A stretch of DNA of 64,000 bases, taken from contig CBDBCZ010000013.1 of assembly GCA_965203295.1 (NCBI GenBank), positions 352,001 through 416,000 of the forward strand, given 5' to 3'. This document shows positions 26,901-37,325 of this stretch, one piece after another; position 1 is the first letter of the stretch; each line of letters opens with the position of its first letter. A program made the translations under genes and the position numbers. Below the pieces are notes generated by a model, which was given only the letters and a program-made list of their open reading frames with translations, did no database searches and had not been told where the DNA came from. This DNA is from Nitrospirales bacterium. Lineage in GTDB: Bacteria > Nitrospirota > Nitrospiria > Nitrospirales > UBA8639.

Positions 26901-29866
26901 CACTGCATGCTGATTTAGAAGCAGTTTGTAGCAGATTGACAGACAATCAAGCCATGCCATCCAGAGAGGGATGTATTATATGACCGGAATGTCTACTTTC
27001 CCCATTGAGCTTCGCAAACTATGCCCTGCATGCATACGCATTCGGGATGAGGCCCATTGTCACTGTCTTGTAAACTTGGCCATGTACTTTATGAAATTGT
27101 ATAAGAAAGAATGGACAAGCTTCTTCATTTGCTAGATCTACAACCAGAGGATACAGAGTTCTTCGATTGAATGGCTATAGTATACCATGTACACAAAGAG
27201 GAATGCTACCTTCCGTGGCTAAAAGATTCTCTTACTTAACATATCTCTTCTCCGTGCCTTTTTCCATACATTAACGCCTGCAATTACTGAGTATGTCATT
27301 TTGGTCGCCCCTCTCTAAAGCCAAGCAGCTAGACTGCGGCAAGAACTGCTGCAGATATAAATTGTCAGCAAGCTAAAGGCCATGATGAAAAGCTGTCACA
27401 ATGTTGTGTTTATTCTTCTATCATGTCGAAAGCACACAAGGTAAGCTTTTTTCTTCATAGCTCAAGCTGAGAGGCTCACTGTGTATAGGCCAGCGCAGGT
27501 AATAGGCCTACAGCTATACCTCAGATTTTGCCATGCATGGCAATGGAAGTAGTGGCTGCAAGTTAATATCTTGCCGAGACTGAAGTCTGGGAAGATATAT
27601 GTATACCATGCAGAACAGTAATGTCTGAGTGCCCACGGATAGCACAAGAGATTAGGTTTGATTAGGCCTCTTCTGAAGTGAGTGTGAGGTATGCAGAGCA
27701 GGTCCCTGCTATACACATCTCCATTTCATCTCACTGAACTGAAACTAACCAAACTATGCCTTATTCTTATTTAGATTGGGCAACACGTACCATGTCCAGG
27801 TCATACAATGAAGGAGAGTGGCATAGGGAAACAACAAGACACATAGGTACATTTGTAAAATACACCAGTAATGACACCACTAATTACAACAAGTCAGGGT
27901 ATACACAGATTTTCTGAAGGAAAGTGGTAGGTGCATGAACAAAGTAAAGAAAGAACAAAATACAAAGCAAGAACACCCTCTCCTTTCCTCAGTTACTTCG
28001 GTGTTCATTGTGTGTGCACCTATTTTTGCTATACATGGCAGGGCCATAGCCACCAGATTCGTAATGGTTCACGTGCCCACGTATTAAACTGCACAAAGTG
28101 CACCAACTATTATATAATGGGGGCATGCCCCCCAGGAAAATTTGGGATTTCAGTCCTCATTTCTGATGCAACGTTTGTGGTAAAAAGCAAGGGTTAGATG
28201 ACCTGCTGCAGAATGCAGTTATAGTGCTTGATGTAGAATTCTTGCTCTCAGGGCACTCATAAATTGGAAGAAGGCATGGGTCTGCAATAAGACGTGAACT
28301 CGCAAAGCACGCGCTGTCAAAGCAATGGTTTGACTTGCAAAAGATCTTGGGAAAAGCAAAGCCCATAAGATGATAGGGCCTGTCTGGTAGACTCTGATGA
28401 GATGTTTCTTTAAAAATACTCGTACCAAGGCGCCGCATACGTGACTTAGTGACCCGGATAGTGGTCCGGTTGAAACGGGACCAACTGTACTGGTGGCTAA
28501 GGCACTGCATGGCCTGCTGCCTAAATCGGTGTGTCCCCTAAAATATTATTGTAAGTGTCCATAGATGCATCACACAACTTAATGATAACAGAATGCATTG
28601 ATACAGATCATTCCTGCAAGCTTCCAGACTGCACGAACAACAGAATAGAATTAACAGAATTCTGTTGCAGAAAACATTCAAGGGAATATGGTACGTAAGA
28701 GCTTCTTCTACACTAGTACAATTGTAATATTATGGTCGGTGCATGCAGATGTATATTTTCACTGCCGATTTATTCATCCATACAGCTGCCCAATACTGTC
28801 TATTTCCAAGATGTATAAAAAGAACACAGAATGATTTTTGTAAGAGCCATGAACAGCAAGCTATCCAAACAAGTAAGTGTTCATAACTATACTGAACTAC
28901 CATCTCAGGTATAATTTCCATTCCTGAAATACGTGAGTGTTGATTAAATACCAAATTGAAGTCTGCACACTTCAGTGTTACAGTAACGTGCATGAAAGTT
29001 ATACAATTATAATACTAGCCTCGTACTCAGACCTTCCCTCACAGCTTTTTTGCAGCCATTTTTTCCACGTCTGCGAAAAAGGCTGTGAAGGAAGTCCTGG
29101 GTACGAGGCTACAATTATACATGTAGGGGTTAAAATTAATGTGTTTGTTGAACATTAATTGCCCTATATAGTTTTGCAAGTGTCTCTATGTCCCTGAAAC
29201 TAGTCTCGTATAATATTACATTGAGTATACTCAGTAGTCGAATATTTCCCAATACCCACACATGCAGGGTTTTCAACTGTGGTGGATATTGATCCAGACT
29301 CCAAGGTTTTTAAAGCTTTATATAAGCAATTTTGCAAGGACTGGGCACCAGCTAAGGGCCCTTGCCCTGACATTGGGGTGATCCTGCGAGTTGTCAACCC
29401 GGCTGTTTCACAGATGTTTCAAAGATACAGAAAAGACCTTCGCATGTTTCGCCGTGGCGTTGAGCAATATTATCACGGAACAAAGTTGAAATGTAGAATC
29501 AATGAAACATTGACATTCTGTTGCAATACTGATTGTGGAGTGTGCGGTATTACCAAGTGTGGGTTTGACCGCCAAAAGATTGCAGGCAGGTCATTTCAGA
29601 GATTCGGAAACGGTTTTTATTGTGCACCTAATTCTTCAAAATCGCATGATTATACAAAAGGACCAATACATGGTATGTTTCTATGCAATGTGGCTCCCGG
29701 GAAAAAGTACAAATCTAATTACGATGCCAGGGGCTTGCAGGAACCGCCAGAAGGCTGCGACTCTGTGCTTGGGAAGCATTCACGCAAGGGTTCCTTGAAC
29801 TATGATGAAATTGTAGTTTATGATCCTCCTGCAATATGTCCATGTTATATATTTTTGTATGCGTAG
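23972..29866 (+). CDS. FN3 + Cys/His motif + PARP-like ADP-ribosyltransferase (4 exons, 391 aa)
   Basis: Exons 23972-24128, 24218-24547, 24621-24710, 29268-29866; all introns GT-AG and phase 1. FN3: TVTVTWQPP..HYEL..GLKPLKEYVFGVRA. ART: YYHGT, RFGNGFYCAPNSSKSHDY, MFLCNVAPGK, GCDSVLG, LNYDEIVVY. Confidence 0.8.
24792..25818. mobile_element. Unclassified intronic element, copy A (left-end foldback, right-end hairpin)
   Basis: Inverted arms 24792-24900 / ~24921-25029; right part similar to 54720-55241, ending GTGCCATCCCTACATATGGAGTACTACCGTACTCCATG. Confidence 0.6.
26729..26785. mobile_element. Academ-like MITE (degenerate)
   Basis: TAGCCTCG...TGAGGCTA ends; diverged 9-bp flanks GTGGAATGA / GTAGAGTGA. 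Confidence 0.5.
28039..28507 (-). mobile_element. Non-autonomous hAT-like element
   Basis: TIR CAGGGCCATAGCCACCAG / CTGGTGGCTAAGGCACTG; flanking CATGG duplication; internal remnant PDRPYH..FAFPK resembles the N-terminus of ZMYM/TTF-type hAT transposases. Confidence 0.65.
29016..29111. mobile_element. Academ-like MITE
   Basis: Hairpin with TAGCCTCGTAC...GTACGAGGCTA ends. Confidence 0.65.
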
Positions 29867-30489
29867 CACATTGTACATTACACTGTGTAAAAATTGTTGT
29901 CTTTATAATCTGCCTGAATTTTTTGTACTCAACATATATGAGCGAGTCTGTTGTGTTGAAAATGTACTGCTCGGTATACACATAATACATGTATGGTGTG
30001 CATCCTTATTTTTATACATAATTATTATTAAGCAGTCTTCAAAGTTCTCTTTTAGAATGTTCAGACAGTCTCAAAAGCACCTGAACAAACTCACTGAGAC
30101 TGCTGACTTGAAATCCTGTCACAACACAGCAGGGAATGTACTAAAAATATGCATATTTTGTTTAACCAGGCACCCATATAATTGTTAATACATGTAAGTG
30201 CACCTGCAACTTTTCTGCTTGCAGCTGCATGCCAACAATTATTATTATGACATTAAGGTAATTTTTTAATTTGATGGGCAGTGTCGTTCCAGCTGACCAG
30301 GCCTTCAGCCTTTCGGGCAACTATCCGCTGTGGTATGGGGGTCCGGTCCTCACGTTACACTTCAGAAATCAAGGGAGGAAGGGACCCTATGCCGCTCTGT
30401 GAAAAAGAACATTCAATTGCGTATGGGTTTGCTGTGCTTGTGGCTTATGCCGGAATTTAATGGGACAGCAGTTAGTGGCTTCACCCACC

Positions 30490-31636
30490 CCTGATCCAGG
30501 CACCCCGGATGACAAGATAAGAAAGGCCTACCGTATTAAATCTGCAGTGGCAGTCTACCTATGATTAGGCCACTCCTATGTATATCAGATCGGTATACGA
30601 TCAGGCCTCTCCCTTGCATATTTAGACTATATGTATATACACCATCTGCTTTTGGTATAGATAATATAGCTTTGGGAGGTTGGCAGTCTTCTGTGCTGTA
30701 TATTCGAGCTTGATACGTACTACATGTGTATGGGTTTTAGAAATTGATATTAATTCAGCAGCTTCGTGATTAGCCTAATTTATGCATGCATCGCATTGTC
30801 ACATCTGCCTTTCTCCATATTACACATCGAGACAAATAACATTTGTAGCTGCTCTATAGCACATATTTCCTCATTCCTGGTGCACCCTGACAAGAACCTC
30901 AATGAGAAAGACTGGGCACAGAAAGTTTTCAAACATGAGCAAAAAAAGCTAATCTGTCATCCGAGATGACCGCTTTTGTAGTAAGTGTGTCACATGTAAA
31001 TTGTGTTCCTATATAGCACTACCTCTTGCTCTGTCCTGGCAGTACAACAGCTGTTCAGCGAAACACTGACCAAGCTGTTTGCAGACCTGGACATCAAGAA
31101 ACGGCAGCTGGAAGAACGGGATCAGAGTGAGAGGTGCGTCACCTCGTCCCAGGCTCTCCAATGGCGTCTGATATTTTTCATACATCTAGCTTTAATTCTG
31201 TTCGACCTATAATTACCGTAGTAAGTTCTTCCAAGACTGCTAAAGCATACATGTTAGACCTTTCATAGTAAGCTTTGTCTAGTTTATAGCTAGGTGACTA
31301 AGTAATCTCATACCCAGACACTCTACTCACACTATAGTGACTATAAGTTGTAATTGACCTCTTATTAAGTAACTTAGTCGTTTTGTGAAATTACTCTCCA
31401 CTCCTCCCTCCCTCTCTCTCCCCCTCCCTCCCTCCCTCCCTGTCTTTTACTGTATATCTATCTGTCTCTTTATATATATACTTATATATATACTATATAC
31501 TTTCTTTCTCCCTCCCCCTTCCCAGGAAGCGCCAACAGCTGGAAAAGCTTACAACAGAAGGGTAGCCAGAAGAATTCGAAGGCCAAGACAAACAGGAATG
31601 AAGCCACCAAAGTTGAAGCAGGAGAAGAGAACCTGA
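30490..31636 (+). pseudogene. DNAJC8: Degraded DNAJC8-like (J-domain spliceosomal co-chaperone) gene copy
   Basis: Fragments in order: DPGTPDDKIRKAYR; SFLVHPDKNLNEKDWAQKVF (HPD motif); TLTKLFADLDIKKRQLEERDQSER; C-terminal MKPPKLKQEKRT*. All recall DNAJC8; no N-terminus, and exons are broken. Confidence 0.6.
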
Positions 31637-33079
31637 TACGTATCAGGTCCCTGAGACTGTCACTCCAGCTGATAGCTATTGAGATCTCCTAAGTTATTAT
31701 GGCAGCTGCTGCTTCGTGCAGTTTTCAAATTCTCACTTCCTCTTGCCCTATTTCTCTTGTGATTACTAGCAATGTATTGTTTTGTGACAATTAAGTTCTT
31801 CTGACAGGTACACTAAATATGACTTCTTTTGTTGGCCACCAGGAATGATTGTTGTGCATATACCACAACATTGAGATCTGGCAGCTAGACTACAGAACTT
31901 CTTCAGTTTTGTGATTATGCAGCCATATCCATGTGCATGAGGTTCAGAAAAGTGAAGTAGCTACACTGAGACAATAGGTTTTAATGTTCAGGATGGGATA
32001 AGAAATCAAGAATAACTAGTGCTCCATTAGCTGCTCCACTGATAACCTGGAAATCATCAAATTGCACTGCCATGACCGTGTCAGTGTTATCCTGCAGGGA
32101 GAACGGACAAAGACAAAACAGACTGGTCAATGACTGTACTCAATCACACGCTAAATCCAGCGTGAAGAGTGTGCTAGCTATCCTAACCAGCATTGCTCCT
32201 CATCTGAGATTGTAGGGTATTAAAAAATACGGTATACATCAATTTTTGTGAATATACATACATCACAACTGCATGAATCCTCATTTCATACACCACAAGC
32301 ACATAATTATACATGCATGACAGCTCTTGATTTTTAGATTTCATAGTATAATTATATTATAATGTTTTAGCTGTGCCCACCCTAGCTAAGTGTATCTAAC
32401 ACAGACATGGCCGGCGCGCCAAAGGCATGAGGCTGAAAATGGTGCTGTCACTCTTTCTTCTACATGAAAACCTCACTGACATACAAATTGTGAACACACA
32501 AATACTGTATCATTCTTCCACCCTTAATTGGAACAACACCCTCAACTCACCCTACCTTCAGTGTTGTGATACAGAGGGTATCACTAGGTGAACCAGCATC
32601 CAGTGCTGCTGTCAGGTTCCAGACTTTTTGTTCTACACAGAGAAGATGGGACACATCACAACCACTACTGAAGACATGTCATTGAGTCCAAAGCTGTAGA
32701 TAAATAGGTGTTTGGGGATACAGAAGCACCCTGAATACTTCAGAAATAGCTGCAGACTTTTAATCACTGTATCGAACTTCTCACAAGGTATAATATTCTG
32801 CCTTCTGCTGCAGCTGCAGCCAAGAACAGGTCCGGCATTAATCTGGTCCAGTTCAAATACATGTAAAAGTGTTCAAATGCAGGAACTTTAGTGTGCTATG
32901 ACAGCACTTTTAGATGCCTGAAAATGATGTAGCCTAAGAATACACCCTGATTGTAGCCTTCACAGGCTCTGTGAAGGCTTGTCTAAAAGAAAACAACCAA
33001 ATCGTCTACGGCCCTGGATTAGTAATGGTAAATGCATTATTACTACTCACTCGTCCGCACTTCCACTCAGTATTCTCTT

Positions 33080-33265
33080 GCTGTAACTCAGAGGATTGAT
33101 TGGGACCAAGCTAGGTGATCTAGTGAGGTTCAGGAATATGTGGATGCAGTAAGGAGTCATCTCACTCCACTCCTCAACACCAGTCAGGAGAGTATGCAGG
33201 ACATTGACCGGGAGCTGAAATACGTAGCAAGGGTGCTGCATGCTCAGTGCAGTTAAGGACTGTTG
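33080..33265 (+). pseudogene. Short LINE ORF2 (EN-RT linker) remnant
   Basis: RIDWDQA..SEVQEYVDAVRSHLTPLL....MQDIDRELKYVARVL resembles the post-endonuclease region of non-LTR elements. Confidence 0.3.
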
Positions 33266-33615
33266 CCAAAAATGGCTACCAATTATTGCCGAAAGTGGCA
33301 ATTAAGATTGTGCCTTCAGCTTCCTGAATAGCGTACAGAACACCCTATATTGCCAGGAATGGCAATTTTACGTACCACTACTTATTATTGTCAAAAATGG
33401 CTACCAATTATTGCCAAAAGTGGCAATTACGTGTCTTCAGCTTCCTATAGGGAATACAACACCCTATATTGCCAATAGTGGCAATTTTACCACTACCTAT
33501 TATTGCCAAAAGTGGCAATTATGAGAGCTTCAGCTAAACTTATTGGCAATTGGTATTCAAAAAATTTCCATTTTTGGCAATTTTTGTTGACCCCAAGGTT
33601 GCCAAAAATGGCTTT
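33263..33615. repeat. Cluster of short palindromic repeats (TTGCCAAAAGTGGCAA-like)
   Basis: The motif ATTGCC-N4/5-TGGCAAT recurs several times within ~130-bp duplicated units; looks like DNA-transposon subterminal repeats. Confidence 0.6.
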
Positions 33616-33979
33616 TGAACATACGTACCTGGTGTGAAGAGTACAGCGTTTTTAAAATTCTAGTGCAAAGCATCAACACATGCAGCTTCTGCAGCCTTTG
33701 AAGTAACATGTAATTTATTCGGTTACTTAAAATGTTATAGCTTTCTGAAATGTTACAGCTGCAATAGTGACAGAGAACAACAAGTCTGACATTTCATTTT
33801 TTTTTTTTATTTTTTTTTTTATTTATTTTTTTTATTTATTTTTTTTATTTTTTTTTTTATAGATCAAAAGGGAAGCTCAATAGCACAATAAGCTAATATA
33901 AAGAGCAACCATAAACAAAAAACTGAATAGGGTAGCACAAAGTAAAAGGAATTAGGAATTAGAAAGCAACACTAATAAA

Positions 33980-36900
33980 TTAACATGAGTAATAATTATA
34001 CAAGAGATGTTTGAAGGTTAAAATAGAGGAGCAGTCCTTGATGGAGTGAGGGAGAGAGTTCCAAAGAGAAGAGGAGCTGGGGACAAATGAATGTAAAAAA
34101 GCGGAAGTACATGCGTAAGGGACAAGCAGATTACATGGATGAAAGGAACAGACAGACATGCGAGGCTGAGATCGGAAAAGGAAAGAATTAGGAGGGAAGT
34201 AGACATAGCCATGAAGAATTTTGAAGAGAAAGGTCAGCTTAGAAATTTTACGACGGGTAGAAAGATTGGGGCAGTTGAATTTACGAAGAAGTGACGAGTA
34301 GGAGGAAGACCAATTTTTAGAACATAGTTTTAGAGCGAAGAATTGCACCTTCTCAAGAGAGCTGGTGACAGTAGGAGAGGAAGGATCCCATAGGGTAGAA
34401 CAGTATTCAAGGTGGGGCCGGACAAGAGAGGTATAGAGTTTGAAAAGAGCAGATGGAGAAGAGTGGCGGTAAAAATGACGGAAGAGAAGACCTAAAATTT
34501 TCCTAGATTTACGACAGATAGAATCAATATGTAGAGACCAAGAAAGATTGGAAGAAATAAGAACACCTAAGTATTTGTAAGAGTAAACTAATTCGAGAGA
34601 GGAACCATTAAGATAAAGGGGGGGGGAAAGATGAGAAAAAAGAAGAAGGTTTTAAAGAAATAAACATGTATTTAGTCTTAGAAGAATTAACTGTCAAATA
34701 CTTATCTGAAAACCAAGAAGAAATAAGATCAATATTATGCTGAATCACTGAAATATCAGAAGCAGAATTGCAAGGTATAGAGAGAAGAATATCATCAGCG
34801 TAAAGTATTAATTTAGCAGTAGGAGAGAGAGGAATATTAGACAGACCATTAATGTAGAGAATAAAGAGAAGAGGACCAAGAATAGAACCTTGAGGAACAC
34901 CAGAAAGAACTAATGAGTGACGTGATGATTGACCATTAATTACAACTCGCTGGAGCCTATTAGATAAATAATTACGTAGCCAATAAATCAGTAGAGGAGG
35001 AAGACCAGTAGAAGACAGAGTATCAAGAAGAAGCTTATGAGGAACAGAATCAAAGGCTTTGCGCAGATCAAAGAAAATGGAGCAGACTGAATTGCGTGAA
35101 TCGAGCAAAGAAAAACAATGGTGGGTGAAAGAGAGGAGAGCAGAGACAGTGGAGAACCCAGGGCGAAAACCAAACTGAGAATTTGAGATGACATCATGGC
35201 GATTACAAAAATCAAAAATAAAATTATAAACATGACGTTCTAAAACTTTACTGATTATGGGGAGGAGGGAAATTGGACGGTAATCAGATGGCGAGGAAGA
35301 AGGGGATTTAGTCTTAGGAATTGGAACAATATGTGAGTGCTTCCAATCGGAGGGAAGGATGCCAGATTGTAACGAGAGATTGAAGATGTGCGAAAGAGGA
35401 TAGGCAATAGAGGAAGCAGTAGACTTTAACATACGAGAAGAAATGGCATCAGGACCAGAGGCAGAATCAGAAGAGAGATTAAGAAGAAGTTGAAGAACTT
35501 GCTCTTCAGAGCAGAGAAGCTCAGGAGGGCAAGGAGACGGAGCAGGCCCAAGATGAGTGGAGGGCAGAACTGGACAAGAAGAGTTGAAGCAACTACAGAA
35601 GAAATCATTGAGAAGGTTAGCCTTGGAAGAATCAGAGTAAACAAGACTACCAGAATCAGAAAGAGGGGGGATAGAAGAAGATGATTTACGTAGCTTCTTA
35701 ACAAAAGACCAGAATTGACGAGAAGTAGGAGAGGAAGACAGGCGGGCAAAGAACTTGGCCTTGAGAGACCGAAGAAAAGTGAGAGTGCTATTACGAAAAG
35801 AGCGATAAACAGACCAAGAAAGAGGAGAGTCAGAACGTTTGGCACGCTGGAACAAAGCATTACGTTTTCTAATACGAGAAAGAAAAGAGCGGGTGATCCA
35901 CGGAGGGTGGGGAGGAGAGGAAACAAATTTAGAAGGAATTGTAAGGTGAATAATGCGTAGGAAGGTAAACTTAAAGGTGAGCCAAGCACTATTAACGTCA
36001 GAAGAAGAAAGGATAGAAGACCAAGGAATATTTGAGAGAAAATTGGAAGTTATAGAGAAATCAGCAGATTCATAGAGCCAGACACGACGATAAGGGGAGG
36101 AAGAAGAAGGCGAGGAAACAGGAGAAACAGGAAGACTGAAAAGAATAGAACGATGGTCAGAGTTCGAGATCGGTGGGAGAATATTACAGGAAGAAGGAGA
36201 AAAAGAGGGAGAAATCAAAACAAGGTCAATAAGAGATGGAGAACCAGAGGGTGAGAAGTGAGTAGGGTGAGAAACAATTTGATCAAGAGAGAAAAGATCA
36301 GAAAGAGCATTGATTTGATTAAGGGCAGGAGAGGGAGAGGTATAATCGACATTAAAGTCACCAAGAAGAATAAGGTTAAGCAGGATAGAATGGGGAAGAG
36401 ATTCAAGAACATTTTGAAGAGTGTCGAGGGCATGAGAAGAAGAGGGGGGACGGTAGAAGACTGCAAGGGTGAAGGAAAAATGCTTAGGTTTAACTGAAAG
36501 TAGAAGAAGCTCAATAAGGGAAGATGAACTATAAGAGATAATGGAAGGTGAAAGGGTTGACTTAACATAGACTAGAATACCACCGCCGTGGCGGTTACGA
36601 TCACGGCGAAAGATAGAAAAACCAGGGAGAGATAACTCGGAATCAGAAATATCAGGGGAAAGCCAGGACTCCACTATGCAGATAATATCAGGTGAATGAA
36701 GAGAATTTATTGCAGAAAGTTCATCAAATTTAGGTAGAATGCTACGGGCGTTACAGTAATACACATTCAAAGATCTGGAGGAAGCATTCAAATCGGTAGA
36801 GACAGATTGGATTGTGGTGAAAGAAGGTGTAAGAGTTGCAGAAGCAGAACACGAAGATTGGGAGCTTGGGAGAGAGATGGGGTGGGAAGCAATGGTGGCC

Positions 36901-37325
36901 TGGGACAAGGAGGATGCGGAGGAAGGAGCTGTGGAAGAGTACGATGCTGGAAGGGAGGAGGATGCGGAGGAAGGAGCTGTGGAAGAGTACGTTGCTGGAA
37001 GGGAGGAGGATGACATGGCAGGGGAAGAAGAGGTGGTAGTGCATGGGGATAAAGAGGTTGAGAAGACGGGGTGGGAAGTAACGGTGGCCTGGGACAAGGA
37101 GGTCGAAGAGGAGGGAGCAGTGGAAGAGCAGGATGCTGGAGGGGGAGAGGATGAGATGGCAGAGGAAGAAGAGGTTGCTTGGGAGACTGAGGAAGTGAGG
37201 GTGCACAATGGTGAGAAGGTTGAGCAAGGGGTAAATGAGGATGATGAGCTGGAGGAGGAGGTTGACAAGACAGGCGGCAGGCAATAGGTGGAGGTTTGGG
37301 GGGAGGGGGGCGATGATATAAAAAA
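33980..37325 (-). CDS. LINE ORF2: AP endonuclease + reverse transcriptase (one frameshift in a homopolymer)
   Basis: YCNARSI, ESWL, RRDRNRHGGG, LGDFN, SDH; YRPISLL, QFGFR, DLRKAFDSV, GVPQGSILGP, YADD. The frame breaks at the 9-G run 34618-34626; removing one base restores PPLYLNGSSLE..YKYLG...RPHLEYC through 33980. Confidence 0.9.

Noticed and set aside
30284..30480. Structured ncRNA or HDV-like ribozyme
   Set aside because: GC-rich, but the nested pseudoknot could not be built and no Pol III boxes were recognised.
36814..37287. Acidic E/D-rich ORF on the + strand, and other antisense ORFs over the LINE
   Set aside because: Mirror of the pyrimidine-rich LINE sense strand; no independent gene signals.
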